Below, one piece after another: positions 1 through 9,308 of a stretch of DNA of 64,000 bases (positions are counted from its first letter, which is position 1; every line of letters begins with the position of its first letter). Both the position numbers and the translations under genes were made by a program. This DNA is from an uncultured Porphyromonadaceae bacterium (GTDB lineage: Bacteria; Bacteroidota; Bacteroidia; Bacteroidales; UBA12481): NCBI GenBank assembly GCA_964465145.1, contig CAYXJR010000006.1, positions 9,702 to 73,701 on the forward strand, read 5' to 3'. The notes under the pieces were generated by a model. The model made no database searches. It saw only the letters and a program-made list of their open reading frames with translations, and was not told where the DNA came from.

Positions 1-131
1 ATTTCGGCTGGCTTATCAGTGTGCCGGCAGCACAGACTGATAATATGAGGATCCAGGTAATTTTTTTTACCATAGCCAGAGGGTTTAGCAGGATTTTATT
101 CAAAAATACTACAAAAAGTAATAAGTCTGAA

Positions 132-998
132 TTATCCCTTCAACTCCCCTGATACCAAATAGCGATAAAAAATACCTGTTTTTTGAATTTTTAATAGAAA
201 CCTGAGCCAGACAAACAGCTGTTGAATGATGAACAACAAGAATATCATCAGCCCGCTGTCAATTGTCCAGTGCATCCTGATCCAATACAAGGCAATGAAA
301 AGAATCAGGGGTACTATTACCCACATAAGATACATGCCGAATAATCCGATAATCTTACGAAGACTAAATTTAAATGCTTTCCAGATTGTTTTTAATACTT
401 TCCTGTTGCCAGTTAGAAATATATAAAAGCGGGTAAATTCGGCAATCATGGTTCCCCAAATAAGAAGAAGCAGATGGATGGCTACCGCGATCATCACTGT
501 TTTTCCGATATAAGCATCTGATAGATTTTCCCTCCCAACAAGGAGGGATAGTGGCAAGTAAACCAGAATACCAAATATAACCTGTATGATTAGCGTATAG
601 AAGCTTGTTTTTATAAAGGGCCAGAAATACCGAAGGCAATTATTGATAAAACTACTGGAAGAAAACCTGCCTCGTGGATTACTAATCCAGGAGATTATAC
701 CTCCCTGGAAGAATGTTCCCAAAACCAAAAACAATATCAACCAGGGAAGCAAAGCTTTAAGAAAGAAGCTAAAAACCTTACCTCCTTCTCTCAGAAATTC
801 CCCAAATGCAGTTGCATCAAAATTACTGATCAATTCATCCGGCAAAAGACTATTTCCTGCTACGGAAACGAAAAGTCTATAAAATGGGATGACCAGCAGT
901 AGGGCCAGAATCAGGTAGCTGATATAAATCAGGCTGATCATTCTTTTAGAATTCAGGGAAACTGCCCATCCTTTTGTATATGATTTTAAAATTTTCAT
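132..998 (-). CDS. multi-pass integral membrane protein, function unknown
   Basis: 288-aa ORF with TAA stop. Several long hydrophobic segments (LIYISYLILALLLVIPF, LILFLVLGTFFQGGII, MIFLLFIIQQLFVWL). No catalytic motif recognised. Confidence 0.55.
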   Translation of the reverse strand: MKILKSYTKGWAVSLNSKRMISLIYISYLILALLLVIPFYRLFVSVAGNSLLPDELISNFDATAFGEFLREGGKVFSFFLKALLPWLILFLVLGTFFQGGIISWISNPRGRFSSSSFINNCLRYFWPFIKTSFYTLIIQVIFGILVYLPLSLLVGRENLSDAYIGKTVMIAVAIHLLLLIWGTMIAEFTRFYIFLTGNRKVLKTIWKAFKFSLRKIIGLFGMYLMWVIVPLILFIALYWIRMHWTIDSGLMIFLLFIIQQLFVWLRFLLKIQKTGIFYRYLVSGELKG

Positions 999-1007
999 AA
1001 TTTCCTA

Positions 1008-3047
1008 TTAATTAAAAATGCTTACAAACTGCATGAGGTTCTGTATCATAAAAAGAAATTTGCCTGAATACTTGGCTCCGCTCAATCTGGAGGGTTTCAT
1101 GGTATAAGAGTTATTCATTAGATTGGCATCCATCAGCATTTTCATTTCGGGATCGATCATGGCCCAGGCGACTTTATCAGGCTTTTCATAAATTAGGTCG
1201 TACGCCCTGCTTTTGCCGTCCCATTTTTCAATTATCTCTTCACCATTTTCAAAATGCACGAGAATCTCTACAGGGACGATGGCCTCCTCCAGCCTTTCGA
1301 GCCGAACTTCCGAGCGAAACAGCCCTTCCATTTTTTCCGATTCTCTATACTCCATGTTGTCATTGTCGCCATAAATCCCTCCTTTTTCCTTCATTTGTCG
1401 AACACTGATTCGTTCGATAGCATAATCCATCATTTTATCGCTTTTTAAAAACTGGTTAAAATACCAGTCCATCGATTCACCGAACTGATCTCCATGAAAT
1501 TCACTGACCGCCTCATTTACTATGTCTATAAAATCCTGAGTTGCAGGATGCTTAAAAGACCAGCGTTGGTAGAATCGCTTAAACACCTCATCAATAACCG
1601 GTTGACCAATCATTCTCTCCAGCATATTCAGCCATGTGGCAGTTTTCTGATAGATTAATGGTCCATAACTTCCATGCGGGAATTCCCATGCAGGCCTGAA
1701 CGAATCAGCAATTTTGGGGTTTGGGGAAAGCAAGTATGTTAAGCGGGAAAACTCCACATCTCCCATATTCAGGAATGGCAGATCAAACATGCTGGTCTTA
1801 TTTCCATAGGCATAGTCCATTATCCGGTTTTCCCAATAGGTATTCATCCCCTCATCCATCCAGGGTTCTTCAAACTCGTTTGTAGCCAGGATGCCCATAA
1901 AATAGGAGTGTCCAAATTCATGAACAGTAACCATTTCAGGCAACCTGATTCCATCCGGCAAGCCCCAGATTGTTCCTGCTGTAAACAGCGTTGTATATTC
2001 CATTCCATTGGCTCCTGAGCCCTTTTGCGGCGGGCCGATACATGTAACATAAGGCCATGGATAGGGTCCAACATGCTCAGTAAGGTATTCCAATGCATAT
2101 TTTATGGCATCTATATGGCGTTCGGCCTGGTAGGCATGTTCGGGATAACACAAAAACCGTATTTTCACATGTTCCCATTGGTCCTCAAAACCCTGGTATT
2201 CCTGGGATGCTGTCCAGGCAAAATCCACAATATCCTCTGCTCGCAGGAAGAGGGTTTTGGTTCCATCACCATGATTTTCCTCTTTCTGCAAAACTCCACC
2301 GCTGCCCACTACGTAATCATCAGGAAGGGTAAGAGCCACTTCATAGAGGCTGTGATTGGCATAAAATTCAGAGTTAGCATGAAACTGGTGGGCATTCCAC
2401 CCGCCCTTTTCTGCATAACGCATTCCCGCCGGTTCGTACACAGCGAGTTTAGGGAACCACTGTGCTACAAAAAAATAATCCCCCGCATATCCTGTCCGCC
2501 TGCGGAGTAATGGTAATTTGGAGGTGAAGGTAAGGCTGACCTCTGTTGTTTCCCCGGGTAAAACCGGTTTATCAAGTGGAATTGATAAAACAGTTTGATC
2601 CTTTTCCTGATCATCTTTCTGCCCAGGTAGTTCCTCTGGTACCCGGAGGTCCCTGTATGTTATAGGTTGGTCGGGACGAATATAGTTTATACCACCTGAA
2701 AGATCGGTTCCATCCTGATCTTTTATCGATTCTATCTCGACCCAGCTCCGGTCCTCCTCTTGGGGGCCGGACCTTGTTTCGCTCAAAAAAGTCGACTTGT
2801 CATTTTTAAATGCATTTAGGTACATGTGAAATTGAAGATCGCGAACAGTATCCTGTGAGGGATTAGTCCATTTGAGGATCATTTCGCCGTTGAGCTTTTT
2901 CGTTTCTGTATCCAGTTTAACCTGTATATTGTATTCCGTGACCCTTTCACTGAGTGGAGTTTTCAGGATTACCTGGGTTTGTGAATTGGTACCTGATAGC
3001 AGGAAGGTAAGAATGATGGCGGTTTGGGTGAATTTTTTATTTAGCAT
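1008..3047 (-). CDS. M1-family zinc metallopeptidase (aminopeptidase N-like), secreted
   Basis: 679-aa ORF with an N-terminal signal peptide. Gluzincin motif VHEFGHSYF...(18 aa)...E within HEFGHSYFMGILATNEFEEPWMDEGMNTYW. Confidence 0.85.
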   Translation of the reverse strand: MLNKKFTQTAIILTFLLSGTNSQTQVILKTPLSERVTEYNIQVKLDTETKKLNGEMILKWTNPSQDTVRDLQFHMYLNAFKNDKSTFLSETRSGPQEEDRSWVEIESIKDQDGTDLSGGINYIRPDQPITYRDLRVPEELPGQKDDQEKDQTVLSIPLDKPVLPGETTEVSLTFTSKLPLLRRRTGYAGDYFFVAQWFPKLAVYEPAGMRYAEKGGWNAHQFHANSEFYANHSLYEVALTLPDDYVVGSGGVLQKEENHGDGTKTLFLRAEDIVDFAWTASQEYQGFEDQWEHVKIRFLCYPEHAYQAERHIDAIKYALEYLTEHVGPYPWPYVTCIGPPQKGSGANGMEYTTLFTAGTIWGLPDGIRLPEMVTVHEFGHSYFMGILATNEFEEPWMDEGMNTYWENRIMDYAYGNKTSMFDLPFLNMGDVEFSRLTYLLSPNPKIADSFRPAWEFPHGSYGPLIYQKTATWLNMLERMIGQPVIDEVFKRFYQRWSFKHPATQDFIDIVNEAVSEFHGDQFGESMDWYFNQFLKSDKMMDYAIERISVRQMKEKGGIYGDNDNMEYRESEKMEGLFRSEVRLERLEEAIVPVEILVHFENGEEIIEKWDGKSRAYDLIYEKPDKVAWAMIDPEMKMLMDANLMNNSYTMKPSRLSGAKYSGKFLFMIQNLMQFVSIFN

Positions 3048-3062
3048 AGGTTTTGTTTTTTT

Positions 3063-3103
3063 AACCTGACAGTTTGGATATCGGGAACCTGACAGGTGGA
3101 TAT
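3063..3103. repeat. tandem direct repeat AACCTGACAG(T)NTGGATAT x2 between the M1 peptidase start and tRNA-Thr
   Basis: Copies AACCTGACAGTTTGGATAT (3063-3081) and AACCTGACAGGTGGATAT (3086-3103) start 23 nt apart. A partial third copy AAACCTGACGAG lies at 3199-3210. Confidence 0.5.
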
Positions 3104-3243
3104 TTCCTGGCCTGTTAATAAGCCCTAATTTACATCTTTATGACGAGGAAACAGATAATTTGGTTACAGTGATGGGCACTTTAATTATCAGATAATAGAA
3201 ACCTGACGAGGTTTAAGGCCTGACATGCCTGAGATGATTGTTG

Positions 3244-3314
3244 AGCCAAGACCGGGAATCGAACCCGGATCGGCGGTTTACGAAACCGCTGTTCTACCGT
3301 TTAACTACCTTGGC
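3244..3314 (-). tRNA. tRNA-Thr (anticodon CGU)
   Basis: The reverse complement folds as a cloverleaf. Acceptor is GCCAAGG/TCTTGGC, anticodon stem GCGGT/ACCGC with loop TTCGTAA (anticodon CGT), and T arm CCGGG-TTCGATT-CCCGG. Length is 71 nt and CCA is not encoded. Confidence 0.85.
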
Positions 3315-3459
3315 TTATCCAGGACACAAATATAGTTAGCAATTCTAATGATGTCAATATCAGATTATGAAAATGAAATAAATTATAAAATAATAACTTT
3401 GTTGGCTGAGGATCAAACCGGATCAATCAGTTGAAAATTAAACAATTAATGAAAGACAT

Positions 3460-3731
3460 TTGGAAGCCAGGTTGTTGCCGGTTATTCTATTGGAATTCGG
3501 GATGGTGATGATCCAGGCATTTAACGGTGCAGGAGATACCCTCACCCCAACCAAAATCAACTTAATAAGTTTCTGGCTTATTGAAATCCCTCTTGCTTAT
3601 GTGCTTGCTATAAAGTTTGGCATGGGGCAAAATGGTGTTTACACAGCGATTGTAATTTCCGAAACTACAATGACCATAATTGCTATAGTCCTGTTTCGCA
3701 GAGGAAAAAATGGAAAGGCAAAGAGGTATAA
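3460..3731 (+). pseudogene. C-terminal stub of a MATE-family efflux transporter (N-terminal ~350 aa missing, plus a frameshift)
   Basis: QAFNGAGDTLTPTKINLISFWLIEIPLAYVL...GVYTAIVISE matches the last TM helices of MATE/NorM proteins. The frame is open only from 3448. Restoring one A in the A6 run at 3705-3710 gives the typical tail RRGKKWKGKEV-stop (TAA 3729-3731). Confidence 0.7.
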
Positions 3732-3809
3732 ATCCAGGAAGGCTGCTCCAGTCAAGAGCAGCCTTCTATATTTTCTCAATAGAAGTTGTTCGCCTGAAAT
3801 TTGGTATGA

Positions 3810-4355
3810 TCAATCACGATATGCTGTAAACACAAGGACCAGATCGGAGCTTACATCCATAACCTCAGCAGCCAAGCCAACTTCAACACTTTTATCACGA
3901 TAGAGGAAAGCGCCATGATATGGGTTATTATCTACATTCCAATAATCATAACCCCGAACGGTTACAGGAACAGGACCCAACCAAAATTCCTGAATGGGAA
4001 TATCAAAGGTTATGGAATTATCATTCTCCTTTAAATTTACTGCCTGGAATAGAAAGTCGGAGCCCTCCCAAAAATCGATCATATCATTGTAGTCGGGATT
4101 TTTTATTAATTCGGCTTTACCTGTGACATCGTAGTGGCCAGGCTGATCCCCGATATATACCAGTCCATCTTGAGTATCCAGATACGCCTTTAATTCATAA
4201 TCATAGAATCCCAGCATCTGGTCACGAACATCAAAAGAGTCTTTCTCACAGGAGACAATTACAAATGGAAGTAACAGGATGGAAAGAACCAGGTATTTTC
4301 CGAATCGTAATTTCTTGTTTTTCATGGCATGGAAGTTATAAAAATGAACACTCAT
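3810..4355 (-). CDS. hypothetical lipoprotein
   Basis: 181-aa ORF with a signal peptide and lipobox (LLPFVIVSC). Its ATG overlaps the stop of the upstream gene (TAATG), suggesting translational coupling. Confidence 0.6.
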   Translation of the reverse strand: MSVHFYNFHAMKNKKLRFGKYLVLSILLLPFVIVSCEKDSFDVRDQMLGFYDYELKAYLDTQDGLVYIGDQPGHYDVTGKAELIKNPDYNDMIDFWEGSDFLFQAVNLKENDNSITFDIPIQEFWLGPVPVTVRGYDYWNVDNNPYHGAFLYRDKSVEVGLAAEVMDVSSDLVLVFTAYRD

Positions 4356-5188
4356 TACTGAGCCTCAGAGATCCCTAAAACCCGCAATTCTTTGCGATGC
4401 CGGGCAATCTTTTGCCTGAGGTCATTTAGCTCACTCAAAACCTGTGCCAACTCATAACCATCCCTCACAGCCTCCTTGTCAAACTTCTCCATAACAATGT
4501 AATAATGCTTCTTTCCAGTGAAGCGGACCTTGAGATTCCGGTCAAGGTTTTCAATAATAAATCCAACAACTCCACCATCTGTTCCATTTCGATAATCAAT
4601 GGTTTCCCATTTGTCGTCACCATCCTGGAGTTTTCTATTATCCGGATGATTAAGAGGTATTGTATCCGAGAAAACCTGCAGATTGTTATCATATACTTTA
4701 ATACAGAAATGATCCAGCCACTCCTTTCCGTAGTATTTCGATGATATCCAGAAGTCTCCATCCTCTGTTATGTTAACCTTCAAAAAACTTCGACTCCAGG
4801 AGTTCCTGACTGTCTGCCGTTTGTGCTCATAAATTCCTGGCCTGCTGGAATTTCCTTTAGTAAAGTAGAAATTTTTTGCCAATAATTCCACCTGAGGTTC
4901 AGTTTCCGCCAGTAACTGTGAGGCCTGCTTTATAAAAGAACCATGATATTCCAGGGCGACCGTTTTTTGCAGCTTCAATGCTTCTGCAAGAACAGAATAT
5001 TCTTCCGGGAACCAGGACTGTATGGAATCCAAAACGCGCAGGGATTGCTCATACTCCTTTCCCTCGTACATGGTCCTGGCTTGATCCAGTCGTTTTTCAG
5101 CCTGTTTTTGAGTTTCGGAGGTGCAGGAAGAGAAAATCATTAATATTCCAAGAAGGAAATACCATAAGCATATTGATCTTGCTTTCAT
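4355..5188 (-). CDS. hypothetical lipoprotein
   Basis: 277-aa ORF with a signal peptide and lipobox (MIFSSC). No motif recognised. Confidence 0.6.
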   Translation of the reverse strand: MKARSICLWYFLLGILMIFSSCTSETQKQAEKRLDQARTMYEGKEYEQSLRVLDSIQSWFPEEYSVLAEALKLQKTVALEYHGSFIKQASQLLAETEPQVELLAKNFYFTKGNSSRPGIYEHKRQTVRNSWSRSFLKVNITEDGDFWISSKYYGKEWLDHFCIKVYDNNLQVFSDTIPLNHPDNRKLQDGDDKWETIDYRNGTDGGVVGFIIENLDRNLKVRFTGKKHYYIVMEKFDKEAVRDGYELAQVLSELNDLRQKIARHRKELRVLGISEAQ

Positions 5189-5280
5189 AACACAATCTTT
5201 CCCGTAAAAATACGGAATTTTCTATCTTTAACAGCCAACAATAATTTGGGAACCATTGTACAACAACATCTGAAACCATT

Positions 5281-5601
5281 ATGGAAACTGCCGCCGACTA
5301 TCTCGAAATAGACGCAACGCTGGCCTCCCGGTCGCTCGTTCTTCTCTATTGTTCACAGCCTGCATGCAATGTATGCAAATCCCTACTGCCCAAGGTAGAA
5401 GATTTGTTGAAGAAGTATTCCAAAGTGGCAGCATTATATGTTAACCTGGATGACATCCAGGAATTTGCCGGTCAACACACCGTATTCTCTATACCCACAA
5501 TCCTGTTTTTTGCAGACGGGAAAGAACAATTCAGGCTGGTCAGGGTTTTCGGCCTAATGGAATTGGCCGAGAAGATCGATAAAATTTACAAGCACTTTTG
5601 A
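5281..5601 (+). CDS. thioredoxin-family protein
   Basis: 106 aa, with CxxC (CNVC) in a thioredoxin-like context (LLYCSQPACNVCKSLLPKVE ... FSIPTILFF). Confidence 0.7.
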   Translation: METAADYLEIDATLASRSLVLLYCSQPACNVCKSLLPKVEDLLKKYSKVAALYVNLDDIQEFAGQHTVFSIPTILFFADGKEQFRLVRVFGLMELAEKIDKIYKHF

Positions 5602-5684
5602 AATTTACACATATATCTAAACCCTTGGCCTTATCTTTGTATACCCGTGGAGGAATTGTAACTTCGTACTATCAAACTACCAGC

Positions 5685-6731
5685 ATGAGTGCAGACAGAC
5701 TTATACAAGGGATTATTTTATTACTGATCAGCACACTAGCCCTATCCTGCAGTAGCGATTTTGAGCCCCATATACTATCCAAACCAACCCCTGTAGTATA
5801 TGGTGTCATTAATCCTCAAGATAGCCTCTACCAGATAAGGCTTACCAAAAGCTTTATTGGACCCGGAAATGCTTATGATTATGCCTTGATATCAGATTCT
5901 TTGTTTTATGATAACGCCCGCATTTTTCTGGAAAGCCGTAATTATAAAGGAGTGGTTCTTGAAAAGGCCGAACTCATGCCTGTTGAAATTGATCCCCGGG
6001 AAAAGGGGATATTTGCCCGAGTTCCGAATACCGTTTACCAAACTGATTTCAATGCCATTAGTCTACGCCCGGAAGTCTTGGCCAGTCAGGGAATACCTTA
6101 TGAAATTGATCTTTTTTTATTGGTTGAGATTCCAGGTTACCCGGATTTTATCGAATCCCATACCCGGCTGAAAGTACCCCCTAAAATCATTAATCCTAAA
6201 GGGAGTTTTCAAAAGGTCTATTTTTATAGCGAAGAACCCTTTCGTATGGAATGGACTCATTCAAGTCCTGATACATATTTTGAAATTCAGGTAGTTCTCC
6301 ACTATAAAGAAGTTTTGGATGAAGGCGAAAGAGAAGCCGTCGTTGATTGGAACCTCACCGGGATAGAATTAAACGAGACTAATCTTCCTGGAGGGAGCAG
6401 AACCATATACACCTATTATTTCAGGCCAGAGAGATTCTATTCACAGCTAAGGGCCGCTATACCAATAAATCCGGAGGTTAAAAGCCGATTAATTAGAAAC
6501 GTTGATTTCATTATTCTTACCAGCGATGGGGCTATAGGGGAGTACAATGACATTGAACAGATTGCCGACGATTATAATGGAGCAAGTTTCACCAATATAC
6601 TAAACGGGCTCGGCCTTTTTGCCAGCTATAATACCCTTGGCATTTACGGACTTCGGCTGGGACAACGTGAACTCGACAGCCTTGCACTGGGTTCCTATAC
6701 CGGGCATTTAAATTTCCAGAGATGGGAGTAG
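5685..6731 (+). CDS. lipoprotein, DUF4249-like
   Basis: The ORF is open from 5598, but the ATG at 5685 gives a signal peptide and lipobox (LLLISTLALSC). The PVVYGVINPQDSLYQIRLTKSF pattern resembles DUF4249 N-termini. TAG stop. Confidence 0.5.
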   Translation: MSADRLIQGIILLLISTLALSCSSDFEPHILSKPTPVVYGVINPQDSLYQIRLTKSFIGPGNAYDYALISDSLFYDNARIFLESRNYKGVVLEKAELMPVEIDPREKGIFARVPNTVYQTDFNAISLRPEVLASQGIPYEIDLFLLVEIPGYPDFIESHTRLKVPPKIINPKGSFQKVYFYSEEPFRMEWTHSSPDTYFEIQVVLHYKEVLDEGEREAVVDWNLTGIELNETNLPGGSRTIYTYYFRPERFYSQLRAAIPINPEVKSRLIRNVDFIILTSDGAIGEYNDIEQIADDYNGASFTNILNGLGLFASYNTLGIYGLRLGQRELDSLALGSYTGHLNFQRWE

Positions 6732-6770
6732 AAGGTGTGGGTGTGTAATAAAAATATTAATTGAAAAACT

Positions 6771-9263
6771 ATGAAACCAAAATCAAATCTTAACAATTTC
6801 ATTATTTGTGCTTTATCAGCTACTCTATTCCTTTCGGGCTGTCAAACCAAAGAGAGCCTTAACTGGACTAAAAAAGAGGCTCCAATAATGACTCAGTGGG
6901 CTAGTCAGGTAGATCCTCTTAAGACATGGGATGTTTATCCACGTCCACAGATGAAACGGGCAAACTGGAAAAACCTCAATGGTGTCTGGGAATATGCCAT
7001 CACTGCGGTAGATGCTGATCGCCCACGCATGATGGATGGTACTATACTGGTACCATTCCCTATTGAATCAGCCCTATCAGGGGTAATGAAAAGGGTTGGG
7101 AAAGAGGACAAGATCTGGTATAGAAGAACCCTGCAGATCAATACCAGGTTAAAAACGGATCGCATTCTTTTAAATTTTGAAGCTGTTGATTGGCTGGCCG
7201 AGGTGTTTATTGATGACGCCAAAGTTGGCGAACACAAGGGTGGATATGATCCTTTCAGTCTTGATATTACTGATTATGTTAATGCTGGCGAAAAACATGT
7301 ACTTTGGGTGAGTGTTTGGGATCCTTCAACTGAAGGTTATCAGCCTGTAGGCAAACAGACTACTAATCCACGGGGGATATGGTATACTCCATCATCCGGA
7401 ATCTGGCAGACGGTTTGGTTAGAGAAGGTTCCGGGCAGTTATATCCGTGATTATGAGATTGTGCCGGATATTGACAAAAAACAAGTTTCCATACTCGTCA
7501 ATTGTGAGAATTTTCGACCATCTGATGAGATTGAAGTCAGCATTGGTGACGGAGCAAAGGTGATCGCCAATATTGTAGTAAACCCTGGAGAACCAAGCTC
7601 TATTGGAATCCCAAATCAAAAGCTCTGGTCTCCGGAAGAACCTTTTTTATACGACCTTGACATTAAGCTGGTTCGAAAAAAGGGCAAATTAGATAAGGTC
7701 AAAGGGTATTTCGGCATGCGAAAGACATCACTGGGTAAAGACGAGAAAGGAATCACCAGGATGATGTTAAACAATGAATTTGTTTTCCAGAATGGGCCCC
7801 TGGACCAGGGGTTCTGGCCAGATGGATTATACACTGCTCCAACAGAGGAGGCTATGGTTTACGATTTGACAGTTATAAAAGAGATGGGCTTTAATATGCT
7901 GCGGAAACATGTCAAAGTTGAGCCCCGGCGTTTTTACTACTGGGCCGATAAAATGGGTATCCTTATATGGCAGGATATGCCAAACGGGAGAAACAAGGAG
8001 CAAGAAACGGAAGGCGAAATTGTCGCCGGCACCATAGCAACGGATAACTTTGAGCGGGAACTCCGTGACCTGATCAATACACTGAGGAACCACCCTTCCA
8101 TTGTAATGTGGGTACCTTTCAACGAAGGCTGGGGACAATATGATACTGAACGAATTGTCGACCTTGTGAAAGGACTCGATCCTTCCAGGCTGGTAAATAA
8201 TGCCAGTGGATGGACTGATATGGGTGTTGGTGATGTCAACGACATCCACCACTATCCGGAACCACGTGCCCAGGAAGCCGAAGAAAAACGCGCCATTGTG
8301 CTTGGCGAATTTGGAGGATTGGGATTGATGGTCAAGGGCCATATGTGGCAGACAGAGAATTGGGGATACGAAAAAATGGATGACGCAGAGGCCCTGTTAA
8401 GTAAATATGAGAATTTCTACCAGCAGGTATTCAAGCTGGTGGAAAACCCAGGGTTAAGCGCTGTTATTTATACCCAAACTACGGATGTAGAAACCGAGAC
8501 AAACGGGTTGATGACCTACGACCGTTTCGAAGTCAAAATGGGCATTCAGAACATTGCCCGGGCACATGCCGGGTACCTGGCTCCCAGGCTGAGATCAGAG
8601 GTTACACAATTCATCGACAGCTACAAGGTAGATTTAAGTACCACGGCACGCGAATCGGAAATATTCTACAGCCTGGATGGTACAGACCCGGATGAAAATG
8701 CTCAGAAATTTTCTACTCCCTTCAGCATTACCAAAACAACCCCTCTGAAAGCTATTGCCATCTGGGCCGATGGGAACAAATCCCGGGTGGGTGAATACCA
8801 ATTGGAAAAGGTAACACCTAAACCAGCCACGCTGGCCCGAATTGCACCTGGTTTGACCTATCAATATTTCGAAGGGGTATGGGAAATGCTCCCCGATTTT
8901 TCGAAGGAGCGATCTGCCAGGACTGGTATTAATGATAAAATTGACCTTGGACCATCCCGGGAAAAATCATCTGATTTTGGCTTACGTTATACCGGCTATT
9001 TAAACGTTCCGGCCACTGGAGTGTATCTGCTGTTTATTTCCTCCGATGATGGTGGCAGACTCTACATTGACGGAGAACAATTAATCGACTATGATGGGAT
9101 CCATGGGATGGGAGAAAAAAAGGTCCTTGTCCCTCTGGAGATCGGATTACATCAGCTGGAATTTATTTATTTTCAACACCTTGGAGGCAAGGGTTTAAAT
9201 ATCTCCTGGGAATCGAACGAAATCCAAAAGGAGGAAATTGCCGGTAAATTTTTAGGTCACTAA
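6771..9263 (+). CDS. glycoside hydrolase family 2 (beta-galactosidase/glucuronidase-like) with C-terminal PA14 domain
   Basis: 830 aa with lipobox LSGC. GH2 sugar-binding region (FEAVDWLAEVFIDDAKVGEHKGGYDPFSLDIT). TIM barrel with acid/base NE (MWVPFNEGWGQ). An FYSLDGTDP domain, then a PA14-like GLRYTGYLNVPATGVYLLFISSDDGGRLYIDG. Confidence 0.85.
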   Translation: MKPKSNLNNFIICALSATLFLSGCQTKESLNWTKKEAPIMTQWASQVDPLKTWDVYPRPQMKRANWKNLNGVWEYAITAVDADRPRMMDGTILVPFPIESALSGVMKRVGKEDKIWYRRTLQINTRLKTDRILLNFEAVDWLAEVFIDDAKVGEHKGGYDPFSLDITDYVNAGEKHVLWVSVWDPSTEGYQPVGKQTTNPRGIWYTPSSGIWQTVWLEKVPGSYIRDYEIVPDIDKKQVSILVNCENFRPSDEIEVSIGDGAKVIANIVVNPGEPSSIGIPNQKLWSPEEPFLYDLDIKLVRKKGKLDKVKGYFGMRKTSLGKDEKGITRMMLNNEFVFQNGPLDQGFWPDGLYTAPTEEAMVYDLTVIKEMGFNMLRKHVKVEPRRFYYWADKMGILIWQDMPNGRNKEQETEGEIVAGTIATDNFERELRDLINTLRNHPSIVMWVPFNEGWGQYDTERIVDLVKGLDPSRLVNNASGWTDMGVGDVNDIHHYPEPRAQEAEEKRAIVLGEFGGLGLMVKGHMWQTENWGYEKMDDAEALLSKYENFYQQVFKLVENPGLSAVIYTQTTDVETETNGLMTYDRFEVKMGIQNIARAHAGYLAPRLRSEVTQFIDSYKVDLSTTARESEIFYSLDGTDPDENAQKFSTPFSITKTTPLKAIAIWADGNKSRVGEYQLEKVTPKPATLARIAPGLTYQYFEGVWEMLPDFSKERSARTGINDKIDLGPSREKSSDFGLRYTGYLNVPATGVYLLFISSDDGGRLYIDGEQLIDYDGIHGMGEKKVLVPLEIGLHQLEFIYFQHLGGKGLNISWESNEIQKEEIAGKFLGH

Positions 9264-9308
9264 ATAAAAACATAATCATGACCACAGGCACTGAATTACA
9301 AATACTAA

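Noticed and set aside
14-46. Imperfect hairpin TTATCAGTGTGC-N-GCACAGACTGATAA at the window start as the terminator of the 132-998 gene
   Set aside because: It has a bulged stem, no adjacent U-tract on the relevant strand, and lies about 90 nt from the stop. It is too weak to annotate.
3085-3235. TPP-riboswitch-like words (GAACCTGAC ... CTGAGA) near the tRNA
   Set aside because: The motifs are in the wrong order for a THI element. No P1-P5 pairing could be drawn, and no thiamine gene or any downstream plus-strand gene is present.
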